DNA of 64,000 nt from Candidatus Heimdallarchaeum endolithica (GTDB taxonomy: Archaea; Asgardarchaeota; Heimdallarchaeia; Heimdallarchaeales; Heimdallarchaeaceae). The notes below the pieces were generated by a model that saw nothing but the letters and a program-made list of their open reading frames with translations, was not told where the DNA came from and ran no database searches. The position numbers and the translations under genes are program-made. Below, in pieces: positions 37,588-48,079 of the stretch. The DNA lies in assembly GCA_021513715.1 (NCBI GenBank), contig CP084167.1, forward strand, positions 1,888,001 to 1,952,000. The letters run 5' to 3'. Position 1 is the first letter of the stretch; each line of letters starts with the position of its first letter.

Positions 37588-38958
37588 TTATTGGAAACTT
37601 TCTATTGTTTCCTTTATAGTTTTTTTACCTTCTTTCAACAGTTTTTCGGCTTCATCCATTGTATTCGCTTCAACAAAGATTCTAAAGATAGGTTCTGTTC
37701 CAGAAGGGCGGATCAACACCCATCCATTATCATAAATTGCCTTTAGTCCATCAATGGTGATTAATTCTGTGTAACCTTTAACCCTTGAACTAATAGCATC
37801 TAACACTTTACTTTTTAGATTATTGGGGCATTGTACTTTATCCTTTAATTGAGCATATTGAGGAAGTTCATTCATTAATTCGCTAAATGTAGAAGAAGAA
37901 GTTGATAAAATATTTGCCATTAGAGCACCTGCCATTGCTCCATCTCTTACTGGAACGTGAGGAGAATAAAAAAGTCCACCATTTTCTTCTCCACCTAGGA
38001 TTGCATTAAGCTTTTGCATCGTTCTTGAAACATAAATACAACCCACTTTTGTCCATTCAACTTTCCCTCCTATTTCTTCTGCAATATCTGTTACCACAGA
38101 AGATGAACTAACAGGGGTCACGAAAAGTTTGTTTTGTTCATCTTGCAAAATCATTTTTTCAAAAATTGCTATAGATCTATCGCCCCAATAAACAACACCT
38201 CGTTCATCACCAAATATTGCGCGATCAGCATCTCCATCATGAGCAATAGAGAAATCAGCATTAACACTTTTTGCGGTTCTTGCCATTTCAGTAAGCAAAT
38301 GAGGTAAAGGTTCAGAACCTCTTCCGGGAAAATATCCATCAAGAGTAGTGTTTATTGAAAAAACTTTCACCCCTAATTTTTTAAATAAATAGGGCGTTAT
38401 CAAACTTCCTACACCATTTCCACCGTCTACAACAACTTTCATCTTTTTCTTTGATATTTTATCAATATCAACAAAACTAATTATTTGATCTATATATTCG
38501 TCTATCATATTAATTTTAGTAACATTACCCAACTTTGTCCAGTCACTAAAATAAAAATCGCCCTCTTCCAGTTCTTTTTCTACTTTTATTTGATCTTCAA
38601 CACTTATTTCAATTCCATCATCAGAAATAACTTTTAACCCATTAAATTGGGGAGGATTGTGACTTGCAGTAATCATTATACCAAGTCTAGCTTTTAATTT
38701 TCTTACAGCAAACTGTGTTAATGGAGTAGGGACTAACCCAATATCAATTACATCAATTCCACTAGACAATAGAGTTGAAATAACTGCATATTTGATAAAT
38801 GGGCTACTAGTTCTTGCATCAGAACCTACAACTACAACCCCCTTATTCTCAATAAAAGACGAGATTGCAGAAGTAAGTTTATTTACAAAAAAATTTGTGA
38901 TGAGTTCACCTACTACCCCTCGAACTCCATTGGTACCAAAATATTTACGCTCCGTCAT
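37588..38958 (-). CDS. Alpha-D-phosphohexomutase (phosphoglucosamine mutase / PGM-PMM)
   Basis: FGTNGVRG, ITASHNP, DGDADR, GEENG, RPSGTEP. Confidence 0.9.
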   Translation of the reverse strand: MTERKYFGTNGVRGVVGELITNFFVNKLTSAISSFIENKGVVVVGSDARTSSPFIKYAVISTLLSSGIDVIDIGLVPTPLTQFAVRKLKARLGIMITASHNPPQFNGLKVISDDGIEISVEDQIKVEKELEEGDFYFSDWTKLGNVTKINMIDEYIDQIISFVDIDKISKKKMKVVVDGGNGVGSLITPYLFKKLGVKVFSINTTLDGYFPGRGSEPLPHLLTEMARTAKSVNADFSIAHDGDADRAIFGDERGVVYWGDRSIAIFEKMILQDEQNKLFVTPVSSSSVVTDIAEEIGGKVEWTKVGCIYVSRTMQKLNAILGGEENGGLFYSPHVPVRDGAMAGALMANILSTSSSTFSELMNELPQYAQLKDKVQCPNNLKSKVLDAISSRVKGYTELITIDGLKAIYDNGWVLIRPSGTEPIFRIFVEANTMDEAEKLLKEGKKTIKETIESFQ

Positions 38959-39084
38959 TTCTAATCTTAAGACTAATTGCCTTTTATGTGTTTTTCTATA
39001 ATTAAATCAATTTAAAACTTCAAAACAAATATTTTTTTAATAGAATAGATTTTACCATATAACAAGAGAAGAAGAAACATTTAA

Positions 39085-39161
39085 GGCTGGATGGCCTAGT
39101 TTGGTAAGGCTCCAGGTTCGGGACTTGGAAATCGAGTGTTCAAATCACTCTCCAGCCACCA
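39085..39161 (+). tRNA. tRNA-Pro(CGG), no intron; CCA encoded
   Basis: GGCTGGA/TCCAGCC, CCAGG-TTCGGGA-CTTGG, GAGTG-TTCAAAT-CACTC. Confidence 0.92.
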
Positions 39162-39347
39162 CCTAAATTTGATTAAAGATTAAAATCATATTTCTTTTTT
39201 GTTTTCACTGAAACTGAAAGCTGAAATTAATATGTGAAAATATGTTTACATAAGGAAGATTAAATAATGATGAGTGACATTATTATTAGAGAATAAAAAA
39301 ACAGTCGTCTTAGCACAACTAAGAAAATGTTTAGGGGATTCTATTAA

Positions 39348-39935
39348 ATGAGTGAAAGTAGTGATGACTTTGAGCAAGAGAAACAAGCTTCTAATATTAA
39401 CATTACAGAACGTCAACGCCAAACTTTGATTGAAGTCGTTGAAGATATTTGTGGAGATGAGGTTAAACAGGTTACACTTGTTTTGCTTAATAGTGATGAG
39501 GAAATTACTGATGAAGAAATTTCAGAGAAATTAGATATGCGTCTAAATCTTGTTCGCAAATCCTTGTACAAACTGTATGATCTTCAGCTAGCTAGTTTTA
39601 GGAGGATTAGAGATAAAAATACTGGCTGGTTTGTTTATTTCTGGACTCTTCATCCTGAAAGAATCGATATTTTTGTTCAGAAAAAACAGCAAGAAGTTTT
39701 GGAAAAACTCCAATCTCGCTTAGAATATGAAGAATCTAATATGTTTTTTAAATGTAACACTGCAGAATGTCCTCGTTTCACTTTCCAAGAAGCAATGGAT
39801 GCTAATTTCATTTGCCCTAAATGTGGGGGAAGGTTAGAAGCATTCGATAACGATCAAATTAAAAAAGTGCTGAAAAACAAAATCGATGAACTAAAAAGAA
39901 TTCAAAAAAAGACTGAAAAAATAGTTGGTTCATAA
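39348..39935 (+). CDS. tfe: Transcription factor E alpha
   Basis: TDEEI...VRKSLYKL winged helix, GWFVYFW, Zn ribbon C..C/CPKCG. Confidence 0.93.
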   Translation: MSESSDDFEQEKQASNINITERQRQTLIEVVEDICGDEVKQVTLVLLNSDEEITDEEISEKLDMRLNLVRKSLYKLYDLQLASFRRIRDKNTGWFVYFWTLHPERIDIFVQKKQQEVLEKLQSRLEYEESNMFFKCNTAECPRFTFQEAMDANFICPKCGGRLEAFDNDQIKKVLKNKIDELKRIQKKTEKIVGS

Positions 39936-39972
39936 GTTATTATTATTGATTCTTTTTTATTAAGCAGTCCTA

Positions 39973-40638
39973 TTAGTTACTAATTTTGTGTTTTTTTGCT
40001 TCAAGAATATCTTTAACTCTTTTTAATCTTGAAAATGTTTCTCTTTCTTGTTCCTCTAGAGAGCTTGCAATAAATACTGCAATTGCTTTTAATTTTGGAA
40101 TTAATATGTAATTTAGAGCATTTACTCTTCTTTTTGTTTTATTAATTTCTGAAGCTATTTTTTCTAATAATGTCATTTTTTCTGCGATAACCATTAATGT
40201 TTTCAAAGACTTTCTAAAATATGTTATTGCGAGATCCAATTGCGCACTTGAATTGGCTAATCCGTAGAAAACCTTCTCTTCTTCTGTTTCTTTGACTTCA
40301 GTTACAATAAACCTTGGTGCTTTTACTCCCATTATACTTGTTGTTAGAGTCTGAAGTTGCAGAATTTCAGGTGCATATTGTGCAAAATCTCTAATTTTAT
40401 CTGGTCCGATCATCATTTCAGCTTTGGCTAAGGCTTTATATGCTTGAAGGAGCTCTTCTTCAATTTGCTTTTTTGCAGCTCTAACTTCATCTTTAATTGC
40501 ATAGAGCTCTAAGACTAAAGCATCCATTTTCTCTTTTAGTAAATCATGACCTTTTTGTGCAAGTTTAATTTTTGCTCTGATATTTAGCAGTTCCATACGT
40601 GTTGTTTTCACAGTACCAAATTCAATATTGGCGCTCAT
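39973..40638 (-). CDS. atpD: A/V-type ATP synthase subunit D
   Basis: TRMELL, KGHDLLKEK, KTKRRVNAL, LEEQERE.F.RLK. Confidence 0.93.
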   Translation of the reverse strand: MSANIEFGTVKTTRMELLNIRAKIKLAQKGHDLLKEKMDALVLELYAIKDEVRAAKKQIEEELLQAYKALAKAEMMIGPDKIRDFAQYAPEILQLQTLTTSIMGVKAPRFIVTEVKETEEEKVFYGLANSSAQLDLAITYFRKSLKTLMVIAEKMTLLEKIASEINKTKRRVNALNYILIPKLKAIAVFIASSLEEQERETFSRLKRVKDILEAKKHKISN

Positions 40639-40915
40639 CTTGAACGTATAAATTTATATTCATTAAAACTTTGTGTTAAATCTCATCACCTATTGTTTTG
40701 AAAAATTGTTAAAATATAATATAATATAGCCTATTAGTACAGAAAATAACAGAAACTAACTAAATTATTTTTCATAACTTGTCCATTTTCAGGTTAACTT
40801 ATAGAATAAATAATCATGTTCTGTATTTGACAAAAAATTATTTTCAACAAAAACGAAAGGTATTTTATTTATCCTTTTTTTATAGGGAATAAGGAAAAAA
40901 TTTGAGGATATAACA

Positions 40916-41518
40916 ATGCTAGAAATATTTGACCGAGAAAAAAACAAAGAGACATTGGTTTTCCCAGGAACAAGGCTTGGTGTAATTGAAGAATTCTATG
41001 CTGGCCCTGGAACTTATATTGATGATGGTTACATTTATGCAGCTATCCCTGGAAAAGTTGTAATTGACAAATTAAATTATGAAGTATCAATAATGCAATC
41101 GAAAAATAAAAAACTAGTTCAACCTGTTGTTGGGTCTATTTGTTTGGGTACTGTTGTTAGTGTATCGAAGCAAATGATCAATATAGCAATCTATTATGTA
41201 AATAATGTTGAGGTTTACCCCACCTATTCTTGTTTATTACATGTTTCTCAAGCCTCAAGAGCTTATCTTGAAACAGCAGATGAAGCTGTTGCTTTAGGAG
41301 ATGTTGTAAGGGTTAAAATAATTGATGCCAAAACAATTCCTATTCAATGCACAATGGCCGATAGTCACTTAGGAGTAGTAATCAGTTACTGTTCTCGTTG
41401 CGGAAATAGATTGGAAAAAATAGGTAGAAATAAATTAAGATGCAATGAATGTGGAAATATTGAGAATAGAAAAACTGCAATCGATTATGGTCACAGTGCT
41501 TTGCAATTTAAACTATAG
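40916..41518 (+). CDS. csl4: Exosome RNA-binding protein Csl4
   Basis: VFPGTRLGVIEEF..GPGTY, S1 domain, LGVV..CSRCG...CNECG..E.RK. Confidence 0.92.
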   Translation: MLEIFDREKNKETLVFPGTRLGVIEEFYAGPGTYIDDGYIYAAIPGKVVIDKLNYEVSIMQSKNKKLVQPVVGSICLGTVVSVSKQMINIAIYYVNNVEVYPTYSCLLHVSQASRAYLETADEAVALGDVVRVKIIDAKTIPIQCTMADSHLGVVISYCSRCGNRLEKIGRNKLRCNECGNIENRKTAIDYGHSALQFKL

Positions 41519-41532
41519 GTTCATAGTTCAAG

Positions 41533-42264
41533 GTGGTTTTATTGGCAAAAACTACAATGAAAGAGCTTTCTATTAGCTTTACAGAGAAAGACAAGCTAAC
41601 ACAATTTATAGACTTACTTTCTGATGCACCTAGTGGAGTTGATCTTGTTCTTCAATACAAATTGGGTAGCATAAAAATCCGTTTGTTTGGTGAAAAAGAC
41701 GATGTCTCTGAATCTATTTCTAAGATAAAATTATTTAGCAAAATGTATCTTGAGTCAATAAGAAAAAACGAGAAAGGTTTCTACGTTCATCATCTTCCTC
41801 TCATTCAACGTACTACCAAGAAAATAATAGCCTTAGATACACTATCAACCATTCTAAACTATGCAGGATATGAAACACAATTAGTAGAAAAAAAACTCAT
41901 ATCTACAGCAAAAATGGAAGATGTTCTTGAAGTTCTTAACAAATCTTTTGATATTTTACCTGAATTAGAAAAAATTAAAGGTAAACCATTAAGAAAAGTG
42001 CTATTAACTGTCAGTTTTATCACTAACCGAAGTGTTGATTTTATCATCGACTATAGCTTAAAAAAAGGATTCTTCAGGGAATACAAGGATAAAATTTTAG
42101 TTACACAAGATATCGAACGTTGTATTTCTGGGTTAATCCAACACATCCCTCGTGATAAAACTGAAAAGAGCCCTAACATTCTTGTTAAAGCAAAAGATAA
42201 TGAGTGGACAACAATAGGCGATCGTCTAGGAACTATTTCTTTTGACACAGATAATAACGATTAA
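41533..42264 (+). CDS. Conserved archaeal protein (DUF2067-like by position between csl4 and rpoL)
   Basis: Synteny; weak sequence recognition. Confidence 0.55.
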   Translation: MVLLAKTTMKELSISFTEKDKLTQFIDLLSDAPSGVDLVLQYKLGSIKIRLFGEKDDVSESISKIKLFSKMYLESIRKNEKGFYVHHLPLIQRTTKKIIALDTLSTILNYAGYETQLVEKKLISTAKMEDVLEVLNKSFDILPELEKIKGKPLRKVLLTVSFITNRSVDFIIDYSLKKGFFREYKDKILVTQDIERCISGLIQHIPRDKTEKSPNILVKAKDNEWTTIGDRLGTISFDTDNND

Positions 42265-42348
42265 AATTCTTATCTTTCAAATAATAAATTGAGTTCAAAA
42301 ACAAACAGTTTAAAAAAAAAGTGTTAATATGGATTTGAGGTTGTGTTA

Positions 42349-42633
42349 ATGGAAATAAAAATTCTAAAAAAAGAAGATGGATATGTAAAACTAAACATCA
42401 GAGGAACTGACCCTCACACCCTATTTAATTTACTCAGAGTTCAATTATTAAGTGATCCTGAAGTAGACTTTGCAGGTTATTGGAGAAACGAATCGTTTTA
42501 TGAAAGCATCATTTTCCAAGTAAGATTAAAAGATGAATCAAAAGACCCAATTGAAGTAATCAAACTAGCATTAGAAAACATACGAAAACAAACAGAGGAA
42601 TTTATTAAGGTAAGCAAGGAAAAACTTAGTTAG
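42349..42633 (+). CDS. rpoL: RNA polymerase subunit Rpo11 (L)
   Basis: HTLFNLLR..L..DPEVDFAGY. Confidence 0.9.
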   Translation: MEIKILKKEDGYVKLNIRGTDPHTLFNLLRVQLLSDPEVDFAGYWRNESFYESIIFQVRLKDESKDPIEVIKLALENIRKQTEEFIKVSKEKLS

Positions 42634-42639
42634 TTTTGG

Positions 42640-43056
42640 GTGTTTTTTTTGGACAATTCTTTTTTAAATAAAAAAAAATTAAATGAGATTATAAATAACA
42701 AACAACTAGCTAAATTTGGCGATTCTGTTGTTAATTTTGTTTACTCTTACGCTTTGTTTAAAGCTTATAATATACTAGTTGGGATTAAAGTTTCAGATTA
42801 TTGCCTTTCTGAAGCATGCAAAGGATCACCTCTTAGAGACTACGTGGGAACTAGAAAAAAGAAGGGAGAACTAGGTGATGCTGTAGAAGCATTTATTGGA
42901 TATATTGTTATTCAGAATGAATCAAAGCTCCTGGAGATTGTTTCAAACATGGTTCAGTTCTTTAAACTAACAAAAATCGCTCTTAAACAACCGGAAGAAG
43001 CAATATGTATAAAAGCTTTCTCTTTTTTAATCGATAAACTTTTCAATGAACTGTAA
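42640..43056 (+). CDS. Archaeal RNase III-like single-domain protein
   Basis: LAKFGDSVVNF and GDAVEA signature-like motifs. Confidence 0.75.
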   Translation: MFFLDNSFLNKKKLNEIINNKQLAKFGDSVVNFVYSYALFKAYNILVGIKVSDYCLSEACKGSPLRDYVGTRKKKGELGDAVEAFIGYIVIQNESKLLEIVSNMVQFFKLTKIALKQPEEAICIKAFSFLIDKLFNEL

Positions 43057-43090
43057 TTGGATTTCGAAATAAATAAACTTAAACAATTTT

Positions 43091-43675
43091 TCATTCGATA
43101 ATATAATCTTTGAATGTTTGCCCTATCAAATCTGCTATTCTTAGAGATTCAGGTAAAAAACTAGTAAATGTAGCTTTTTCTATAATCTCCTTTACTTCAT
43201 AAATCTTGTTAATACCTGTAAACTGAACAATTGCTTCAAATTCTCTATTAATTTTATTTTTAAACTTTATTCTCTTCATTGGGGGATTCGAAAGGAGTAT
43301 ACCATACCGCTTTTCTCCATCTTCTAAATGCATTAATGCTTTTCTAATTTTTTCTTCATCAGGTTTTTTACTCAAGATTGTAATAACAGGGATATTTAAT
43401 TGTTCATATAAAGCATTCATATCTATTACATTAAAAGCGGCTATAGTCGAACTAGCTAGAAAAATCGCTTTTAACTGTGTAGCAAATTTACTTGTTTCTA
43501 TCATCCAGATTATTTTTTCTGTTGCATCTAATCCATCTATTTCAATTTCACCCCGTAAGATCCCTTCTACAAAACTATAACCACGAGTTACCACTCCAAA
43601 AATAAAAGTTTTTTTTGACTTATTACGATAGAATGCAGCGTCATCAATGCCAATTGTACGAATCTTTTTTTTCAC
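43091..43675 (-). CDS. DUF99 family (endonuclease V-like) protein
   Basis: IGIDD, IDGLDAT, FNVID, LPESLRIA. Confidence 0.85.
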   Translation of the reverse strand: MKKKIRTIGIDDAAFYRNKSKKTFIFGVVTRGYSFVEGILRGEIEIDGLDATEKIIWMIETSKFATQLKAIFLASSTIAAFNVIDMNALYEQLNIPVITILSKKPDEEKIRKALMHLEDGEKRYGILLSNPPMKRIKFKNKINREFEAIVQFTGINKIYEVKEIIEKATFTSFLPESLRIADLIGQTFKDYIIE

Positions 43676-43726
43676 TTTTTAATTTCTAAAAAAAATATAT
43701 AAATACTTATTGTAAAAAAATAAAAA

Positions 43727-44269
43727 TCAAATAAGTTTCTTTCTGACAATTGGAATAATAAATAATGAGAACAGTGAAGTAAATAGATACACTGGTGTTT
43801 TTTCTGTTGTAGGTTCACTAATATCTATTTTAATATAATATGTGTCATCTGTTGGTTGAACAATATTATCTAGACCCAAAAAGTCGACAGAGTTGGGTAA
43901 TAGAATGTTTGTCCCATTAGTATAATAAACAATAAAATGGTATCCAATTGTTGAACCACTTCCTTGTGTTATGTAATAATTTCCTGAAAATACATTTCCA
44001 TTTTGTTCCATCAGAATCGGTTTTGTATCACAAATGAAATCGGGACTAAGTTGACAGAAAAAGAGCCGTATATAGGAGATATTTTCAGAGTCATAAACTT
44101 CTATTGTAATGCTGATATTTGTTTCTGGAGTAACATATGAAGGCGTTTGGTTTATTGATTTTATGTTATAATTTTGCCCATAAACATACATTTTTGTTTC
44201 TAATACTACAGAAAAGAAAAAAAGTATGGTAATTATACCTACTAATTTTATGGATGAGAGTTTTTTCAT
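43727..44269 (-). CDS. Secreted/surface protein with C-terminal membrane anchor
   Basis: Signal peptide, beta-rich body, C-terminus TTEKTP + hydrophobic helix + RKK. Confidence 0.7.
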   Translation of the reverse strand: MKKLSSIKLVGIITILFFFSVVLETKMYVYGQNYNIKSINQTPSYVTPETNISITIEVYDSENISYIRLFFCQLSPDFICDTKPILMEQNGNVFSGNYYITQGSGSTIGYHFIVYYTNGTNILLPNSVDFLGLDNIVQPTDDTYYIKIDISEPTTEKTPVYLFTSLFSLFIIPIVRKKLI

Positions 44270-44270
44270 T

Positions 44271-45587
44271 TCAACTTAAAAGAAAAAATTCCAATAATAA
44301 ATATATCCCTACTAATATTATTATGACACTAGCTACTTTCTTTATAATATCAGTTGCATTTTTTATCTTCTTAAGTAAAGCATCCCGAGAAAGGCTGATA
44401 AGAAGTGTAGCAAAAGCCATGAGGAAGATAATTGTTAATGAAAAAGCTATGTATCCAAAAATTATTTTTATAACAGATAAAGAAGAGATTTGAAGAGCAA
44501 ATGCAAAGAAAATAGGTGCGTTACAGCCAAGTGAAGCTAGTCCGTACCCAATACCATAGAGAAAAGTTTGATTTATTTTTTTGATGAATTCTCTTTTTTT
44601 CTTATTTTCATTAAGCTTCCTTTGCTTTTTGTTAATCCATTGTTGAATAGAGTTAAATTGCAAGGAAAAGTTTGTAAACATTGAGATACCGAATAAAATC
44701 AAGAGCCCTCCAATTATAGGAACAAGGTAAGGAACATATTTTTTTATGCTTCCTCCAACAACTGTTATTAATACACCTAACAGCCCATAACTGATTAATA
44801 TTCCCACTCCTCCGATACTTCCAATCAACAGATACATGGGTGAACTTCCTTTGTGTTCTTCTTTTGTAACACCAGCTGAAGTTTCACTATCTTGTTCTTC
44901 AGTTGACTCTTCGTCTTGTTCTTTCTTCTGTTTTTGATCTTGTCCTATAATATGAGCTAAGTAACTAGGAAGAAGAGGAAAAGCACAAGGAGAGAAAAAA
45001 GAAGCTATACCGGTTAATACTGCGAAACCTATTGTAAATTCACTTCTTGTGGTTATCTCTGTTCCACCTAACTCACCATTTATTGTTTGTTGCAATACAG
45101 TTCTTAATGTATCTTCATCTACAAATCCTGTATCATGGAATGTAATCATACCTTCTTTATTAATAATAACAAAAGTAGGTAAAGAGATTACATTATAATC
45201 ATCGACCATACTATCTGAAGCAAAAGCAACATACCAAGAAATGTTATACTCTTGTTTATAATTTTCTAATTCTTCTTTTGTAGTAAATGAATCAATTTCT
45301 AGAGTTATTATTGTTACATTTTCTTTTATTGATGAATCACCCCAAATATTATTTAATACCGGATTCATTTCTTTACACACTGTACAAGTAACACTCATGA
45401 AATCAAGAAGAAGAACTTTATCACTTTGGGATTCAAAAGATAGGATTTCACCTTCTAGTGTTTCTACTTGGAAAGCTGCAGCTTTTTTGCTTCCTGATCC
45501 AGAATAACGAGTGAAAAAGTAAACCCCTAGCAATGTACTTAATATTACAAATGTAGCTGCTAAAATAATTGCATCTCGTTTCTTCAT
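44271..45587 (-). CDS. Thioredoxin(TlpA)-CcdA/DsbD fusion
   Basis: N-terminal TM, CTVC active site, SFFSPCAFPLLP and SLGCNAP transmembrane cysteines. Confidence 0.88.
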   Translation of the reverse strand: MKKRDAIILAATFVILSTLLGVYFFTRYSGSGSKKAAAFQVETLEGEILSFESQSDKVLLLDFMSVTCTVCKEMNPVLNNIWGDSSIKENVTIITLEIDSFTTKEELENYKQEYNISWYVAFASDSMVDDYNVISLPTFVIINKEGMITFHDTGFVDEDTLRTVLQQTINGELGGTEITTRSEFTIGFAVLTGIASFFSPCAFPLLPSYLAHIIGQDQKQKKEQDEESTEEQDSETSAGVTKEEHKGSSPMYLLIGSIGGVGILISYGLLGVLITVVGGSIKKYVPYLVPIIGGLLILFGISMFTNFSLQFNSIQQWINKKQRKLNENKKKREFIKKINQTFLYGIGYGLASLGCNAPIFFAFALQISSLSVIKIIFGYIAFSLTIIFLMAFATLLISLSRDALLKKIKNATDIIKKVASVIIILVGIYLLLEFFLLS

Positions 45588-45699
45588 ACTGGAAGAAAAA
45601 TTGAGACAGTTATATAATTTTTGAGAAATATTTTCAAGTAAAAAAGGACTTATTAAACATCTAAAGAGGATTTTAAAGAAAGCTACTCAAAAATAAAAA

Positions 45700-46029
45700 T
45701 CATTCAATATCTATACCTAGAGCCATTCGTATCAACTCTTGAACTCGATCCTCTTCTTCCTCATATTTTGCCTTTTTTCCAGGAACTTCTACTATTACTG
45801 GATAAGTTTGTTGCCTAATCTTAGCAATGATAGTAGTATTCGCTTTGGCAACATCCTCTGTCACTATCAATATTGCAAGGTCTGGTTGTTCAGCTAACTT
45901 CTTCAAAATACGCCCAGCATTTTCAGGTTCCACAGTATATGCCTCTGCTATTCCTGCAAGTTTAAAACCAAGCGAAGTTTCTTCATCACCAACAGAAACA
46001 ATCTTCTTTCTTTCCACATTACTACTCAT
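45700..46029 (-). CDS. atpF: A/V-type ATP synthase subunit F
   Basis: VGDEETSLGFKLAGI, PVIVEVP, LIRMALGIDI. Confidence 0.92.
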   Translation of the reverse strand: MSSNVERKKIVSVGDEETSLGFKLAGIAEAYTVEPENAGRILKKLAEQPDLAILIVTEDVAKANTTIIAKIRQQTYPVIVEVPGKKAKYEEEEDRVQELIRMALGIDIE

Positions 46030-46042
46030 CAAAATCACTTAT

Positions 46043-46360
46043 TTAACCAAAGATCTGCGTTACGATAAGTTCAATAGCTTCTTTTTCTACTTTTTTTGCT
46101 TTTTCCTTTAATTTCATTTGCTTCTTTTCAAACTGATTTAATAATTCATTGTAGTTTTGTTCTGCTTTAGCCTTAACAGCTTCAGTAATCTTTGAAGCTT
46201 CTTCTTTAACTTTTATTTCTGCTTCGCGTATCTTTAAAATAGCTTTTTTTTCTGCTTCATTAATCGATGATTTTTTTTCTTGCTCTGCTTGCTTCAATTT
46301 TTGTTGATAACTTTTCTCTGCGTCCTTTATTTTACGTAATAATTCAATTGACATGATCAT
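46043..46360 (-). CDS. A/V-type ATP synthase peripheral stalk subunit H/G
   Basis: ELLRKIKDAE, K/E/A coiled coil, EAIELIV end; adjacent to atpF. Confidence 0.75.
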   Translation of the reverse strand: MIMSIELLRKIKDAEKSYQQKLKQAEQEKKSSINEAEKKAILKIREAEIKVKEEASKITEAVKAKAEQNYNELLNQFEKKQMKLKEKAKKVEKEAIELIVTQIFG

Positions 46361-46550
46361 CGTCCGAATTTTTCTTATTCTTAAAATCTTAAAAATTATC
46401 TACTTAAAATATTTTGTTGTAGCTAACAGTTAACAAATTGTCGACAACTACTACTCAAAAAGAAGACTTAAAAATCACTGAAAGAAAACAATTCGTCAAG
46501 AAAAATGGAAGAAATTCTTTCGACGATGATAGTAAATAGAAGGTGAAAGT

Positions 46551-46856
46551 ATGCGTAAATCACATGGATATAGGCATGGGACACGAAAATTATTTAGTAA
46601 AAAAACAAGAGATAAAGGAATTCGCCCTCCAGATTACATATTAACTCCGTATGAGGAAGGAGATATAGTAGATATTATTATTGATCCAAGCGCACATAAA
46701 GGAATGCCTCACAGGAGATATCATGGAAAAACAGGAGTAATAAAAAAGAAACAAGGCGAATCTTTCATTGTAGAAATAAAACAAGGAAAAGCTATAAAAA
46801 ATATAATTGCAAGAAGAGAACATATTCGAAAGTCACGCTCTCAAATTAAGGTTTAA
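46551..46856 (+). CDS. rpl21e: 50S ribosomal protein eL21
   Basis: SHGYRHGTR, KGMPHRRYHGKTG. Confidence 0.96.
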   Translation: MRKSHGYRHGTRKLFSKKTRDKGIRPPDYILTPYEEGDIVDIIIDPSAHKGMPHRRYHGKTGVIKKKQGESFIVEIKQGKAIKNIIARREHIRKSRSQIKV

Positions 46857-46867
46857 AAGGGATTAGG

Positions 46868-47218
46868 ATGCCAAAGAATGTTTTAAATAAAAAGCCGTTA
46901 ACAATTACTGAAGCAATGGAGATACTTCAGAAAAGAAGTGAAGAAGACGAATTGTCATACTGGCAACGTGTCGCTTACGAGCATGCGATGCAACACGCAA
47001 GAGTAGATCCCAGTGATTCACGTAAAATTGTTGAAACTCTCATAAACGAATTTGAGATAACAGAATTAGCGGCTTTTTCTATTGCAAATGTACTCCCCAC
47101 AAGACCTGAAGAGTTAAAAGACTTACTCCAAAAAGAACCAAAGATTCTTACAGATTCAGAAATAAAAGCTATCTTTGATTTTCTTCGACCTTATGTTCAA
47201 AAATACCTTGGAGAGTAG
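46868..47218 (+). CDS. rpoF: RNA polymerase subunit Rpo4 (F)
   Basis: ELSYWQR.AYEH, IANVLP...EEL; rpl21e-rpoF-DUF655-rsmA synteny. Confidence 0.9.
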   Translation: MPKNVLNKKPLTITEAMEILQKRSEEDELSYWQRVAYEHAMQHARVDPSDSRKIVETLINEFEITELAAFSIANVLPTRPEELKDLLQKEPKILTDSEIKAIFDFLRPYVQKYLGE

Positions 47219-47315
47219 ATGCAATAACCAGAATATAAATCTAAATTTAAAAGCCTTTTTTTAATAATATATGCAAAACTTTTTTTTATAGTATTACTTA
47301 TTGAAGGTGAGACAT

Positions 47316-48023
47316 ATGCAATATAATCCAGAACCAAATAAAGAAAAAAGTCAAAACCAAAGAGATACCCCTTTAGATTTTGAATTTGGAAAAATAAAAC
47401 ATGTCCGTCCTCCAAAAAAATTTGAAAGTAAAATATTAGTATTAGATTATCTACCTGAGGGAAAAGGTTTTAGTCAAGCCCCACGAAAAGAACCAATAAT
47501 TCTTGGGATTGGAACAAAGTGGTTCTCTTTGCTAGAAGTCTCGCTTCGTAAGAGAGGAAACTATACAAAATTTGCTGAATTAAAATTACCTCGCCCAGAT
47601 GAAGAGAACGGAGATACTCCACTAAAACGAGTTATAAGACAAATATCAACAGATGAACTAACCAATACGGCTTATGAAGCTCTAGATGAAGCTATTTGTC
47701 TAATAATCGGAAAAAATGAAAAAAGGTTTGTTACCTTCTTTAATAAAGCTCAACCCATTACTAATAAATTACACGCTTTAAAATTGATACCAGGTATTGG
47801 AAAACAGCTTATGTGGGAGATACTAGAGGAAAGAAAAAAACTTCCATTTGTTTCCTTTAAAGACATTGAAGATAGGGTAAAAGTTACAGACATTGCAAAA
47901 ATGATACAAAAAAGGATAAGACAAGAATTAGAAGGAGAGGAAAAGCATTTACTTTTTACTACAAAACTAGAACTTGACAAAAAAAGTGAATATAGGAAGA
48001 GATCTCGAGAACAAAAATATTAA
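47316..48023 (+). CDS. DUF655 family putative RNA-binding protein
   Basis: VLDYLP.G, FSLLE, FFNKAQPIT..LH.L.LIPGIGK. Confidence 0.88.
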   Translation: MQYNPEPNKEKSQNQRDTPLDFEFGKIKHVRPPKKFESKILVLDYLPEGKGFSQAPRKEPIILGIGTKWFSLLEVSLRKRGNYTKFAELKLPRPDEENGDTPLKRVIRQISTDELTNTAYEALDEAICLIIGKNEKRFVTFFNKAQPITNKLHALKLIPGIGKQLMWEILEERKKLPFVSFKDIEDRVKVTDIAKMIQKRIRQELEGEEKHLLFTTKLELDKKSEYRKRSREQKY

Positions 48024-48079
48024 GAACATCTTATTTCTCCTTACAAAACTTTTATTTTACCAAAATTTAAGAAGATATT

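Noticed and set aside
46438-46447. Perfect palindrome TTGTCGACAA between divergent genes
   Set aside because: A single 10-bp palindrome is expected by chance in 64 kb
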